32,000 bases of DNA from Aliivibrio fischeri ES114 (GTDB taxonomy: Bacteria; Pseudomonadota; Gammaproteobacteria; Enterobacterales; Vibrionaceae), in NCBI RefSeq assembly GCF_000011805.1, contig NC_006841.2; one strand, written 5' to 3'. Position 1 is the first letter of the stretch, and each line of letters begins with the position of its first letter. A program made the position numbers and the translations under genes. The notes under the pieces were generated by a model, which made no database searches, had not been told where the DNA came from, and was given only the letters and a program-made list of their open reading frames with translations. Positions 9,540 through 17,645 of the stretch are shown here, piece after piece.

Positions 9540-10420
9540 TGAATTCACAAACAATATTATTTATTGAGTTAGTTTCAGTATTTATTGGTATCTCTTTATT
9601 TTTATGGTTGTTAGTCCAAATTCTATTGCAACGTAAATTATTAGGTAAATATTTAGCAAAGCATAAAGAGTTTAATAAAGATGATAATGTATTTGATAAA
9701 GTAGAGCGATTTTTACCTAGTGTCGCTTCGAATGATGCCGACAGCATTGAAAGAAAGTTTTATTCTGCCGGTTTATACGAATCAAAATACGCTCATTTAT
9801 ATATGCCCGTTAAATATTTAACGGCGGCTATTGGTTCGGGGATAATTTATTTATTACTAGGTAAAGATTCCTCAATGACAACGCAAGTCGCATTAATGTG
9901 TATTTGGTTAGTTGTGTGTATTTCTATTCCTGATGCCATATTAAGTTCAAGAAAAAAAGCATTGGAAGAAAAACTGTCTGGCCAATTACCGTATTTATTA
10001 GATTTACTAGCAATGTGTGTACATACCGGAATGACGATCGAATCATCATTAAGCTATCTAGCTAAAGAAATGCAAGGGTTTGATAAAGACTTAGCTCATA
10101 TGATTGCAAGAACGAATGATAGAGCTAATATCGTTGGATTAGAGCCAGCTTTAGATGAACTTTATGTTCGGGTACCGACTAATGAAATGCGAAGTTTTGT
10201 TATGACGTTAAAACAAAGCTTACATTATGGTAGTTCGATATATGAAATATTAAATACATTAGCGGCTGATATTCGTAGTGTTCGTTTACTTTCGTTAGAA
10301 GAAAAAGTGGGAAAACTTGCAGCTAAAATGTCTGTACCACTTATTTTATTTATCATGATCCCCGTCGTGATATTAATTGCTGCTCCAGGAGTAATGAGGA
10401 TGATGACAGGTGTATATTAA
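9539..10420 (+). CDS. tadC: Tad inner-membrane platform protein TadC
   Basis: The ORF track starts at 9509, but the ATG at 9539 overlaps the tadB stop (TAATG) and follows a GAGAGGAG RBS (9521..9528). Polytopic paralog of TadB. Confidence 0.85.
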   Translation: MNSQTILFIELVSVFIGISLFLWLLVQILLQRKLLGKYLAKHKEFNKDDNVFDKVERFLPSVASNDADSIERKFYSAGLYESKYAHLYMPVKYLTAAIGSGIIYLLLGKDSSMTTQVALMCIWLVVCISIPDAILSSRKKALEEKLSGQLPYLLDLLAMCVHTGMTIESSLSYLAKEMQGFDKDLAHMIARTNDRANIVGLEPALDELYVRVPTNEMRSFVMTLKQSLHYGSSIYEILNTLAADIRSVRLLSLEEKVGKLAAKMSVPLILFIMIPVVILIAAPGVMRMMTGVY

Positions 10421-11153
10421 AAAAATAGTAATCGGTTTACTTTTTGTTACGTTAGTTGGGTGCTCATCTAGTCCTGATACTGAAGAGACAAAAGAGAAAA
10501 TTCTTATTAAAACAAATAATTATTCAGATTTGATTATTTTTTATAAGAATCAGTTAAAAGTATCTGAAGACCCTTATACTCGTGAAAAACTGGCGCAAGC
10601 CTATTTAGATTCTGGAGATCCAGATTCAGCTCTTTTTGCAATCCAATATCTTAATGAGGATGACGATTCTCGAAGTATTTCTTCATTTTTAATTGAAGCA
10701 AATGCGCAGTTAGAATGCGGAATGTTAGAACCGGCTTTAGATACAGTAAATCGTGTATATAAATTAAATGAGGATAACCCTGAGATTGAAAATTTATTAG
10801 GTGTTATTTATGCGAGTAAGCGTGATTTAGATAAATCTCGTCATTATTTTAATTTAGCAAGAAAGCATTTATACAGTGATATTACGATAAAAAATAATTT
10901 GGCTATTCTCAATATTATTGAAGGCAAATATGACCAAGCAGTTAAATTATTATTACCAATATATATGAGTAATAAAAATGATGCCTTAGTACAAGCTAAT
11001 TTAATGTTAGCAATGGCGAAAGCTGGTGATTTAGAGTTTATGGAAAAAGTATTGTCGCCGCAATTCAGTAAGCAAGAAATTGAAAGACGCTACTCAATTC
11101 TAAAAAATACTGAATCACATCGTGATGATACAAACCTGTTTGGAGCGGATTAA
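10410..11153 (+). CDS. tadD: TPR lipoprotein TadD
   Basis: GTG start overlapping the tadC end. Lipobox LVG|C (Cys18). Repeated TPR-like helices (e.g. AQAYLDSGDPDSA, LLGVIYASKRDLDKSRHYF). Confidence 0.8.
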   Translation: MYIKKIVIGLLFVTLVGCSSSPDTEETKEKILIKTNNYSDLIIFYKNQLKVSEDPYTREKLAQAYLDSGDPDSALFAIQYLNEDDDSRSISSFLIEANAQLECGMLEPALDTVNRVYKLNEDNPEIENLLGVIYASKRDLDKSRHYFNLARKHLYSDITIKNNLAILNIIEGKYDQAVKLLLPIYMSNKNDALVQANLMLAMAKAGDLEFMEKVLSPQFSKQEIERRYSILKNTESHRDDTNLFGAD

Positions 11154-11157
11154 CATC

Positions 11158-11646
11158 ATGAAAATTAAAAAGAACAGGGGTGTAGCCAGTATTGAGTTTG
11201 CAATGGGATTTATGGTTTTTTGGTTGATTTGTATGGCTTGGGTTGAAATGAGTTATATGTCATATGTATCAGCAATAAGTGATCTCATTATTTCTGAATC
11301 AGCTCGAGAATCCAAAACAAAAAACTCGGATTATCTGCAGGCGTTTACTGATGCTGTAAATGATAATCAATCGATCTGGGGTAATGTGGTTGATCCAAGT
11401 AAATTTACGATGTCGATACAATACTTAAAGAGTGTAAACGAACTAGGTTCATTAGTTGAGCCATGTACAGTTCCTGATAGTGAGAGTACTGCTGAATGTG
11501 GTTCATCAGATAATAGTTCCATTGCTGTTTATCGAATTGATTATCGTTTTTCACCCATTTTTACTTATTTTATGGGATTTGAAGGAATTTTCAGCCGAGA
11601 AGATATTGTGATTCAGGAGTACGAACGTGATGCCTTTAAAGTTTAA
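11158..11646 (+). CDS. tadE: TadE-like pseudopilin
   Basis: The ATG at 11158 is preferred over the track start at 11122, which lies inside tadD. The N-terminus NRG|VASIEFAMG plus a hydrophobic helix matches the TadE/Flp-type processing motif. Confidence 0.7.
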   Translation: MKIKKNRGVASIEFAMGFMVFWLICMAWVEMSYMSYVSAISDLIISESARESKTKNSDYLQAFTDAVNDNQSIWGNVVDPSKFTMSIQYLKSVNELGSLVEPCTVPDSESTAECGSSDNSSIAVYRIDYRFSPIFTYFMGFEGIFSREDIVIQEYERDAFKV

Positions 11647-12169
11647 ACAACGTGGAAACTTTACTGTTGAGTTTGCAATGGTAGGGCTAGGTCTTAGTTT
11701 GATTTTTATATTTAGCGCTGATGTAATAATAAAACTATCAATAAAAGGTAAGTTAGATCGGCTCTCTTATTCTCTTGTTAATGTTTTAAAAGAGCGAACA
11801 CAGTTATATGACGAAGATTATTTAATAACGAACAGTGAAAGTAGTGAAATATTTAATATTGCAAAGAATTCACTGCGCCGCACATTAGGAAGTTATGAAG
11901 ATGAACGTTTTGGTGCCGTTATTGAAGAGTTAACTTTTCGTGATATTGGTGCACCGAATACACCGGTTACGTATAACTATGGTTCTTTTTCCTGTCCTTT
12001 ATCTAAAAGGATCGGTGAGCTTGACTATTTATCAGTGGTTACCACATGGGAAAGGCAAGCAACGTTATATCGTGTCACCTTATGTTATCAAACAGACAAT
12101 ATGTTTGGTTCAGTCGTTGGTGAGTCATACACAGATGTCATTTCATCGTCAGTGATGATTGGGAGGTAG
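11627..12169 (+). CDS. tadF: TadF-like pseudopilin
   Basis: GTG at 11627 or ATG at 11630, after an AGGAG RBS (11615..11619). The N-terminus is QRG|NFTVEFAMVG plus a hydrophobic helix. It overlaps the tadE end. Confidence 0.65.
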   Translation: MMPLKFKQRGNFTVEFAMVGLGLSLIFIFSADVIIKLSIKGKLDRLSYSLVNVLKERTQLYDEDYLITNSESSEIFNIAKNSLRRTLGSYEDERFGAVIEELTFRDIGAPNTPVTYNYGSFSCPLSKRIGELDYLSVVTTWERQATLYRVTLCYQTDNMFGSVVGESYTDVISSSVMIGR

Positions 12170-12170
12170 T

Positions 12171-13442
12171 ATGAGAAATTTAAGAAAGCATCAGCAAGGT
12201 CACGCTGCCATTTTATTTGCAATGATGATACCTGCGTTGTTTGGAATATTTGCTTTAGCTAGTGATGGTGCTAGAGCTATTCAAACTAAAGCAAGAATAG
12301 AAGACGCAAGTGAGGTGGCAGCTCTTGCTATTTCAGCTCACAATGATCCTGATCAACCGGATAATGGTTCTTATACTCCAAGTACTAGGAACAGACAAAT
12401 AGTCGTGGATTATGTAAATGCTTACATTAGTGATATTGATGCTGTTACAGATATTAAAGTGGCAAAAAGACGTTGTGAATTAATTTCTGGCTGCGTAGCT
12501 GGTTTATATAAAGGGGATGCGCGTTATTTAGAGCATGAGATTGATGTAACAACAAGACAAAACTCATGGTTTCCCGGTAATGAAGCGATTGAAGGAATGG
12601 GGGAGACGTTTTCAACACGTGGCAAGTCCTTGGCTCGTAAATATCAAAGTGAGGCCGTTGATGTGATGTTCGCTGCCGATTTTTCCGGTTCAATGCTAGA
12701 TACTTGGAGTGGCAGCTCTAACCCTAAATATATTGATCTAATTGAGATCATTAGAAATATTTCTGTTGAATTGCAGAAATTTAATGATTTACCAGAGAAC
12801 CGCGATAAAAGCACGATGGGAATATCAGCATTTAGTACCTTTACTAATTCATTCACATCGGATACCGGTATTCAGTGTTCTCTATCTCAAGGTGTTAATA
12901 GTAAAAATAAACCAGGGAACTGGTTTCGACCTGTCAAACCTGCAAATACGGTTGCTAACATTTGGAATGAGAAAACTGAAGATTATTGTAAATCGGGTGC
13001 TTATGCCGGTTTTCATGATGTCAATTTAACTTCAAATTTTAATTCTTTAAATGGTCAAGTAGGTAGCTTTTATGCAGGTGGAGGTACTGCCTCTTATCAA
13101 GCGCTAATTCGTGGAGCACAGCTACTCGATAGAGGACGTAATTCTCGACGTTTGTTGATCGTATTATCGGATGGTATGGATAACGATAGAAACCTAGCTA
13201 ATGGATTAGTTAGTAATGGCATGTGCCGTGAAATTCAAGCTGGTTTAGAGTCAGATAGAACACCTGATGGTAGACCGATTGCAGCAAAAATGGCCGTTAT
13301 TGGGTTTGACTATGATCCATTCGCCAACAAAGCGTTAAAGGATTGTGTTGGAGAAAAGAATGTATACAAAGCAGAAGATGCGGATGAAGTCGAAGACATA
13401 ATTCTAGAGTTAATAAACGAAGAAGTTGGCCATTTAAAATAA
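12171..13442 (+). CDS. tadG: TadG-like protein with a von Willebrand A domain
   Basis: ATG at 12171 after a GGGAGG RBS (12161..12166). The N-terminus is QQGHAAILFAMMIPALFG (TadE/G-like). MIDAS-like motifs are VMFAADFSGSM and LIVLSDG. Confidence 0.75.
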   Translation: MRNLRKHQQGHAAILFAMMIPALFGIFALASDGARAIQTKARIEDASEVAALAISAHNDPDQPDNGSYTPSTRNRQIVVDYVNAYISDIDAVTDIKVAKRRCELISGCVAGLYKGDARYLEHEIDVTTRQNSWFPGNEAIEGMGETFSTRGKSLARKYQSEAVDVMFAADFSGSMLDTWSGSSNPKYIDLIEIIRNISVELQKFNDLPENRDKSTMGISAFSTFTNSFTSDTGIQCSLSQGVNSKNKPGNWFRPVKPANTVANIWNEKTEDYCKSGAYAGFHDVNLTSNFNSLNGQVGSFYAGGGTASYQALIRGAQLLDRGRNSRRLLIVLSDGMDNDRNLANGLVSNGMCREIQAGLESDRTPDGRPIAAKMAVIGFDYDPFANKALKDCVGEKNVYKAEDADEVEDIILELINEEVGHLK

Positions 13443-13481
13443 TAATTTGACGTGTAATACGTTTAAAGTAGAGAGTAAAAA

Positions 13482-14243
13482 ATGTATAAAATTTTAATTA
13501 TAGTTGCTGCTGTTTTAGGGTTATCTTTTAATGCTAATGCTAATGCTAATGCTAATGCTAATGCTAATGCTAATGCTAATGCTAATGCTAATGCTAATGC
13601 TAATGCTAATGCTAATGCTAATGCTAATGCTAATGCTAATGCTAATGCTAATGAGAAAGTGGAAGATATCAAAAAATCAGAACAATCAGTTTTAATTTAT
13701 TGTGGTTCTGTAAACAAAGAGTATCAAAAAGAAGTGAATGTGGCTGAAGGAAAAAGACTTTCGCTTAACGAAGGTGGCTTTTATCAAATTCAGCATCTTG
13801 AACCAATTGAACCTAAAGGTGCATTTGTTAATCGTGAGCTTGATAGCATTGATGTTGAATCAACGTGTTCCGAATTTTTAATCAGTAATACATCAGATGC
13901 ATTAGTAAATAAAAATGCAGTATTAGCTCGTGTGTATTTTAATTTTGATAAATCAACATTAACTAAGCGCTCAGAGTATGTGCTTGATAAGCTTTACTCC
14001 AAAATGGGCGAGAAAGATATTAAATTGAAAGTTGAAGGTCATACTGATTCAAAAGGCAGCAGCACCTATAATTACGATCTGGGGCTAAAAAGAGCGAATA
14101 TTGTATATCAATACTTAGTCCAACAAGGAGCTGAACCTAATCAGTTTTCTGTGGTTACTAAAGGTGAACGAGAGCCTATTAAAACAAATAAAACTGCAAA
14201 TGGACGAGAAAAGAACCGACGAGTAGAAATTGAGAAAATTTAA
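13482..14243 (+). CDS. Secreted OmpA_C-like peptidoglycan-binding protein with an (Asn-Ala)x20 tract
   Basis: Signal peptide MYKILIIVAAVLGLSFNA with no lipobox Cys, then the NA repeat. The C-terminal OmpA/MotB-type motif is FNFDKSTL...VEGHTDSKGSSTYNYDLGLKRA...NRRVEIE. Confidence 0.85.
   Translation: MYKILIIVAAVLGLSFNANANANANANANANANANANANANANANANANANANANANEKVEDIKKSEQSVLIYCGSVNKEYQKEVNVAEGKRLSLNEGGFYQIQHLEPIEPKGAFVNRELDSIDVESTCSEFLISNTSDALVNKNAVLARVYFNFDKSTLTKRSEYVLDKLYSKMGEKDIKLKVEGHTDSKGSSTYNYDLGLKRANIVYQYLVQQGAEPNQFSVVTKGEREPIKTNKTANGREKNRRVEIEKI
13530..13652 (+). repeat. Perfect hexanucleotide tandem repeat (AATGCT)x20 plus AAT
   Basis: Counted directly: 120 nt of uninterrupted AATGCT from 13530 to 13649, then AAT. 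It is in frame with the CDS (codons 17-57). Confidence 0.95.
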
Positions 14244-14268
14244 TTAGCTTAAATTGAATTTTTTGGTT

Positions 14269-14342
14269 CAGAATAGAGTAATAATGAAATTTTAGAATGT
14301 CATATTCTATAGTTTTATTGTTGCTCTATTCTGTTTTGTTTT
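14269..14342 (+). terminator. Large compound rho-independent terminator ending the tad operon
   Basis: Outer stem CAGAATAGAG (14269..14278) / CTCTATTCTG (14324..14333), extendable with G-U pairs. Inner hairpin TAGAAT-GTCAT-ATTCTA. Followed by TTTTGTTTT (14334..14342). Confidence 0.55.
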
Positions 14343-14363
14343 ATCTAAAATTAATAGTTTATT

Positions 14364-14999
14364 GTGAATAATATAGATGTATATGTAAACAAGAAAGAAA
14401 GATTGCTGACAGATAATATGAGTTTGAATGTGTATTTAACAAAATATGAATTCAAGCTCTTTATTTGTTTGTTAAACTCTCCAGGTGTTAATCAAACAAA
14501 TGAGGTTTTAATTAACACAATATGGAATGACAATGGTAAGGATAGCTCTAATTTAATACAGTTGATATCGAAAACAAGGCGACACTTAAAACCATTAGAA
14601 CACGTTTTTAAAATTAAATCACAAAGAGGGGAAGGGTATTCAATAGTCGTTAATAATAATTATAATTTCATTAATAATTGTTTTAGAGCAAATGAAGTAG
14701 AATATTCTGATAATAAAGAAACACTTACGCTTGATATTACGGATAAAATGTTTAGTAAAGAGCTTGTTTTGTCATTGTTAATATCTATAATAGTTTCCTT
14801 ATATATGTCGAATCGAACTTTATTCTTCCCTGATATTAATACAATCAATGATAGATTTATTGGGATGAATTGTTATAAAGATAAGATGATAAAATCAACT
14901 TATAAATTTGATTGTGAAAAATCTGGAATTGATTTCTCAAAGAGTAAGAACTATGTACTATCTACTTTTGATGAAAAAATTGTTTATACAGAAAAGTGA
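14364..14999 (+). CDS. ToxR/CadC-like membrane-anchored winged-helix transcriptional regulator
   Basis: The N-terminal OmpR/ToxR-type wHTH pattern is LTKYEFKLFICLLNSPGV...NTIWND...SSNLIQLISKTRRHLKP...SQRGEGYSIV. It has a single TM segment (LVLSLLISIIVSLYM) and a short periplasmic tail. GTG start without a clear SD. Confidence 0.6.
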   Translation: MNNIDVYVNKKERLLTDNMSLNVYLTKYEFKLFICLLNSPGVNQTNEVLINTIWNDNGKDSSNLIQLISKTRRHLKPLEHVFKIKSQRGEGYSIVVNNNYNFINNCFRANEVEYSDNKETLTLDITDKMFSKELVLSLLISIIVSLYMSNRTLFFPDINTINDRFIGMNCYKDKMIKSTYKFDCEKSGIDFSKSKNYVLSTFDEKIVYTEK

Positions 15000-15000
15000 A

Positions 15001-15414
15001 ATGGTTAATAATTACATGATGTTAACCATTTTTTTGGTAACTGGTTTATTCTTAATAACAAAAGAGGTAAAAGAAAATTATGTTGGAACTTTAACCGAAC
15101 TATCTGGAATTAAGCACCATTATACAGTTACCATTTTTGATTATAAAAAAATGTTAGTAGATGAAACTATTGATGGAATAAATGGATTAACAAGAACTAA
15201 TGTTTGTTTATTTACATTAAATCATATAGATGATAATAGATATATTTTATTAACAAAAGAATCATTATCAAACGAATCGAAAAGAGAAAGATGTATTGGT
15301 TTTTTTAGTAACCTTTCAATGCTGTCTTTTTATAGTGATGATGATGGTTTATTCGTTGAAAATAATAATGCATATCTATTTTTAAAACGAAAAAAAGAAA
15401 ATAGGCTCAAGTGA
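15001..15414 (+). CDS. Small bitopic membrane/periplasmic protein in the ToxS position
   Basis: The ATG at 15001 lies 1 nt after the upstream stop; the track start at 14908 is a TTG inside the previous gene. N-terminal TM MLTIFLVTGLFLI, then about 110 periplasmic residues. I see no recognisable motif; the call rests on arrangement only. Confidence 0.4.
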   Translation: MVNNYMMLTIFLVTGLFLITKEVKENYVGTLTELSGIKHHYTVTIFDYKKMLVDETIDGINGLTRTNVCLFTLNHIDDNRYILLTKESLSNESKRERCIGFFSNLSMLSFYSDDDGLFVENNNAYLFLKRKKENRLK

Positions 15415-15420
15415 GCCTAT
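15389..15420 (-). terminator. Terminator hairpin for the minus-strand kinase, spanning both convergent stop codons
   Basis: ATAGGCTC-AAGT-GAGCCTAT (15401..15420), preceded on the plus strand by an A-run (15389..15400), which is a T-run on the minus strand. Confidence 0.5.
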
Positions 15421-17627
15421 TTAAAAATAGTGGTTATTATTGAGTCTAACTCTTTGTTTTCTATTGGTTTTGCAAGATACCCATCACAATGTTTTTTAAT
15501 TTCAAGCTCTTCATGCACCATACCATGGGCTGTAATTGCTATAACTGGAATATGTTTGGTATTATCTGATGATTTGATACGTTTTGTTAATTCAATTCCA
15601 TCCATTATTGGCATTTTTATATCTGTAAAAATAATGTCTGGTAACTTAATTATTGACTCTAGTTTATTTAGCATATCTTGTCCGTTGATAGCTTCGATAA
15701 TTTCAAACCCGTAATCTTCTACCTTTTTCTTTAAAACTTCCCTGTTGAATTCTATATCATCAATAATTGCGATGGTTTTTGAATCTTTAAATTTAGTAAC
15801 ATTTCTCCGCATTGTATGATATTGGTCGATTAATTTAGATTTAATGATTTCAACATCCTTTAATTTAATACAAATAGATGTTCCTATTCCAACTTTACTT
15901 TTAATTGAGATATTACCGTTCATATCTTCTATGATTTTCTTAGTAATAAACAAACCAAGGCCTGTTCCATATTCTCTGTCTTTATCATAGAGTTGTTCAA
16001 ATGGATTAAATATACGTTCTAAATCTTTTTCTTCAATTCCTCGGCCATTATCGGTAAATACCATGATAAGATCGGTTGTTGTTGGTGTGGAATTTTCATA
16101 TTTTACATCAATATCTATTTTTCCACCATCTTCTGTAAACTTGATGGCATTACTTAAGATATTCATTATTATCTTATTTATATATTTTTTATCTATGTTT
16201 AAATGGTGAAATTCCGTTTTTTTGTATTGAATTTGGATATTCTTTGACTTTGATTGAAACTGAGTAATATCAATAATGTCTGAAATGATATGATCGATAG
16301 AGTTTGGTTTATTGTGGGCAATGATTTTGTCGGCTTCAATTTTACTTAAATCGAGAATGTCATTAACCATCTCTAATAAGCCTTGACCCGCTTTATTTAA
16401 TGTTTCTAATGTTTTCTTTTTCTCACTGTTTTCTTCTTTTTCGATAAGATATAAACTTAGACCTAATATCGCATTTAAAGGCGTTCTTAATTCATGCGAT
16501 ATATTAGCTATAAATTTTGATTTATTGATATTAGCTTTTTCTGCTTGCTCTTTGGATTGTTGAAGAAGTTTCGTTCTTTCAGTTATCTTACTTTCTAAGT
16601 TATTGACTAAAATCGAGATATCTTGGGCCATCAAAGAGACATTTCTCGCTAATGTTCCTAATTCGTCTTTTCTATATAGTAAAGGATTATTGTATTCATA
16701 ATTACCTCTTTGAATTTCTTTGATCCATTCACTAAACAGAATTAATGGACCTTTTACATAATAAGTGATTAAAATTGATGTTATAAGAGTGAATAGGGTA
16801 ATAAATATTATTGTGTTAAATAATTTATTACTAAAAAGAATGTAGTTATTATCAATTTTATTCGTTAGATCTTGATCGTAATTGACCGATAGTTTTTTCT
16901 TTATAAGAGTAACTATGCTCCATGGAAGGTCTTTTACGGGTTGAATTGCAATAATATGGTCTTCACCATTTATTTTTATTTCTGAATCCCATGTCTCTTT
17001 CTTTTCGATTTTTCTCATTGCTATCATTAAGTCATAAGAAATTTCGTCTAGCTTTGTAATGTCCTTCAGTTTTTGTTTATATAGTGATAAGTACTGTTTA
17101 CTATCTGAATTATCAGTCACAACATTCATATTTTTGTCTATAATTATTGTAACGAAGTCAGCGTAATAGTCTTTATTTTTTAATCTATTAAGTAGTTTAG
17201 TTACGTCTGTTTGAAATATTAAATATGTACTTTCATTGATTTTATATTGTTGAGTAACGAGTGTTTCATCGGTAGTGTAACTGATCTTAGAATCACTGAT
17301 GATTACGCTAGTAGAGTACTTTTTTAGTTCTTGCACAGCAGTGTTTAAGATATCTCTTGATTTAATTGATCGAATGTTCTTGATTAACTCAACATATCTT
17401 TTGGAAATGTTTTTTATTTCAATCATTTTTCGATTTAATGAGTTGCTTACATCAAATGAATAGTGCAGTGCACTTTGATGTAAGTACTTATTTTCTGCAT
17501 TTGTAGCAATTGTTTTTACTTCTTCTTGATTTGAAGTGATTATTTTATACGACGTAAACGAAATGAAGACGGAATAGGCAATAATGGTACCAGCAAGAGC
17601 AACAAAGAATTTGTTTTTCAAAAGCAT
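15417..17627 (-). CDS. Hybrid sensor histidine kinase (Cache-like periplasmic domain, HAMP, HisKA, HATPase, REC; no HPt)
   Basis: 736 aa with two TMs flanking a periplasmic region of about 250 aa (IAIQPVKDLPWSIVTLI is Cache-like). H-box ISHELRTPLNAILG; N box NILSNAIKFT; G boxes DNGRGI and GTGLGL. The C-terminal receiver has IAIIDDIEF...DIIFTDIKMPIMDG...AITAHG...AKP. The protein ends right after the receiver. Confidence 0.9.
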   Translation of the reverse strand: MLLKNKFFVALAGTIIAYSVFISFTSYKIITSNQEEVKTIATNAENKYLHQSALHYSFDVSNSLNRKMIEIKNISKRYVELIKNIRSIKSRDILNTAVQELKKYSTSVIISDSKISYTTDETLVTQQYKINESTYLIFQTDVTKLLNRLKNKDYYADFVTIIIDKNMNVVTDNSDSKQYLSLYKQKLKDITKLDEISYDLMIAMRKIEKKETWDSEIKINGEDHIIAIQPVKDLPWSIVTLIKKKLSVNYDQDLTNKIDNNYILFSNKLFNTIIFITLFTLITSILITYYVKGPLILFSEWIKEIQRGNYEYNNPLLYRKDELGTLARNVSLMAQDISILVNNLESKITERTKLLQQSKEQAEKANINKSKFIANISHELRTPLNAILGLSLYLIEKEENSEKKKTLETLNKAGQGLLEMVNDILDLSKIEADKIIAHNKPNSIDHIISDIIDITQFQSKSKNIQIQYKKTEFHHLNIDKKYINKIIMNILSNAIKFTEDGGKIDIDVKYENSTPTTTDLIMVFTDNGRGIEEKDLERIFNPFEQLYDKDREYGTGLGLFITKKIIEDMNGNISIKSKVGIGTSICIKLKDVEIIKSKLIDQYHTMRRNVTKFKDSKTIAIIDDIEFNREVLKKKVEDYGFEIIEAINGQDMLNKLESIIKLPDIIFTDIKMPIMDGIELTKRIKSSDNTKHIPVIAITAHGMVHEELEIKKHCDGYLAKPIENKELDSIITTIFK

Positions 17628-17645
17628 TAGTTGTCCTTTCTTTTC

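Noticed and set aside
1714-9747. Minus-strand ORFs of 62-96 aa (1714..2004, 3798..4055, 4453..4728, 4921..5154, 6063..6281, 7826..8104, 8126..8314, 8915..9130, 9505..9747)
   Set aside because: All lie antisense within or across the strongly supported plus-strand REC-EAL/tad genes. Their low-complexity sequences are typical of shadow frames.
11940-13029. Alternative-frame or antisense ORFs inside tadF/tadG (11940..12155, 12742..13029 plus strand; 12454..12693, 12644..12856 minus strand)
   Set aside because: They are fully nested in tadF/tadG, have no RBS, and have no recognisable motifs.
13530-13652. Possible CRISPR array or other spaced repeat
   Set aside because: The unit is only 6 nt, the copies are contiguous with no spacers, and the tract lies in frame inside a CDS. 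It is a microsatellite, not a CRISPR.
13463-13672. A 69-aa minus-strand ORF encoding (Ala-Leu)n
   Set aside because: It is simply the reverse complement of the (AATGCT)n repeat inside the well-supported plus-strand OmpA_C gene. It has no independent start context or RBS.
109-15000. Longest-ORF starts given in the track (109, 962, 9509, 11122, 12159, 14908)
   Set aside because: They use TTG/GTG or ATG codons inside the preceding gene. Downstream ATGs at 121, 1001, 9539, 11158, 12171 and 15001 give a better RBS or stop-start coupling and canonical N-termini. The choice is not proven without N-terminal data.
14660-15714. Antisense shadow ORFs at 14660..14848 (minus strand) and 15430..15714 (plus strand)
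   Set aside because: The first lies within the ToxR-like CDS and the second within the hybrid kinase CDS. Both are shadow frames.
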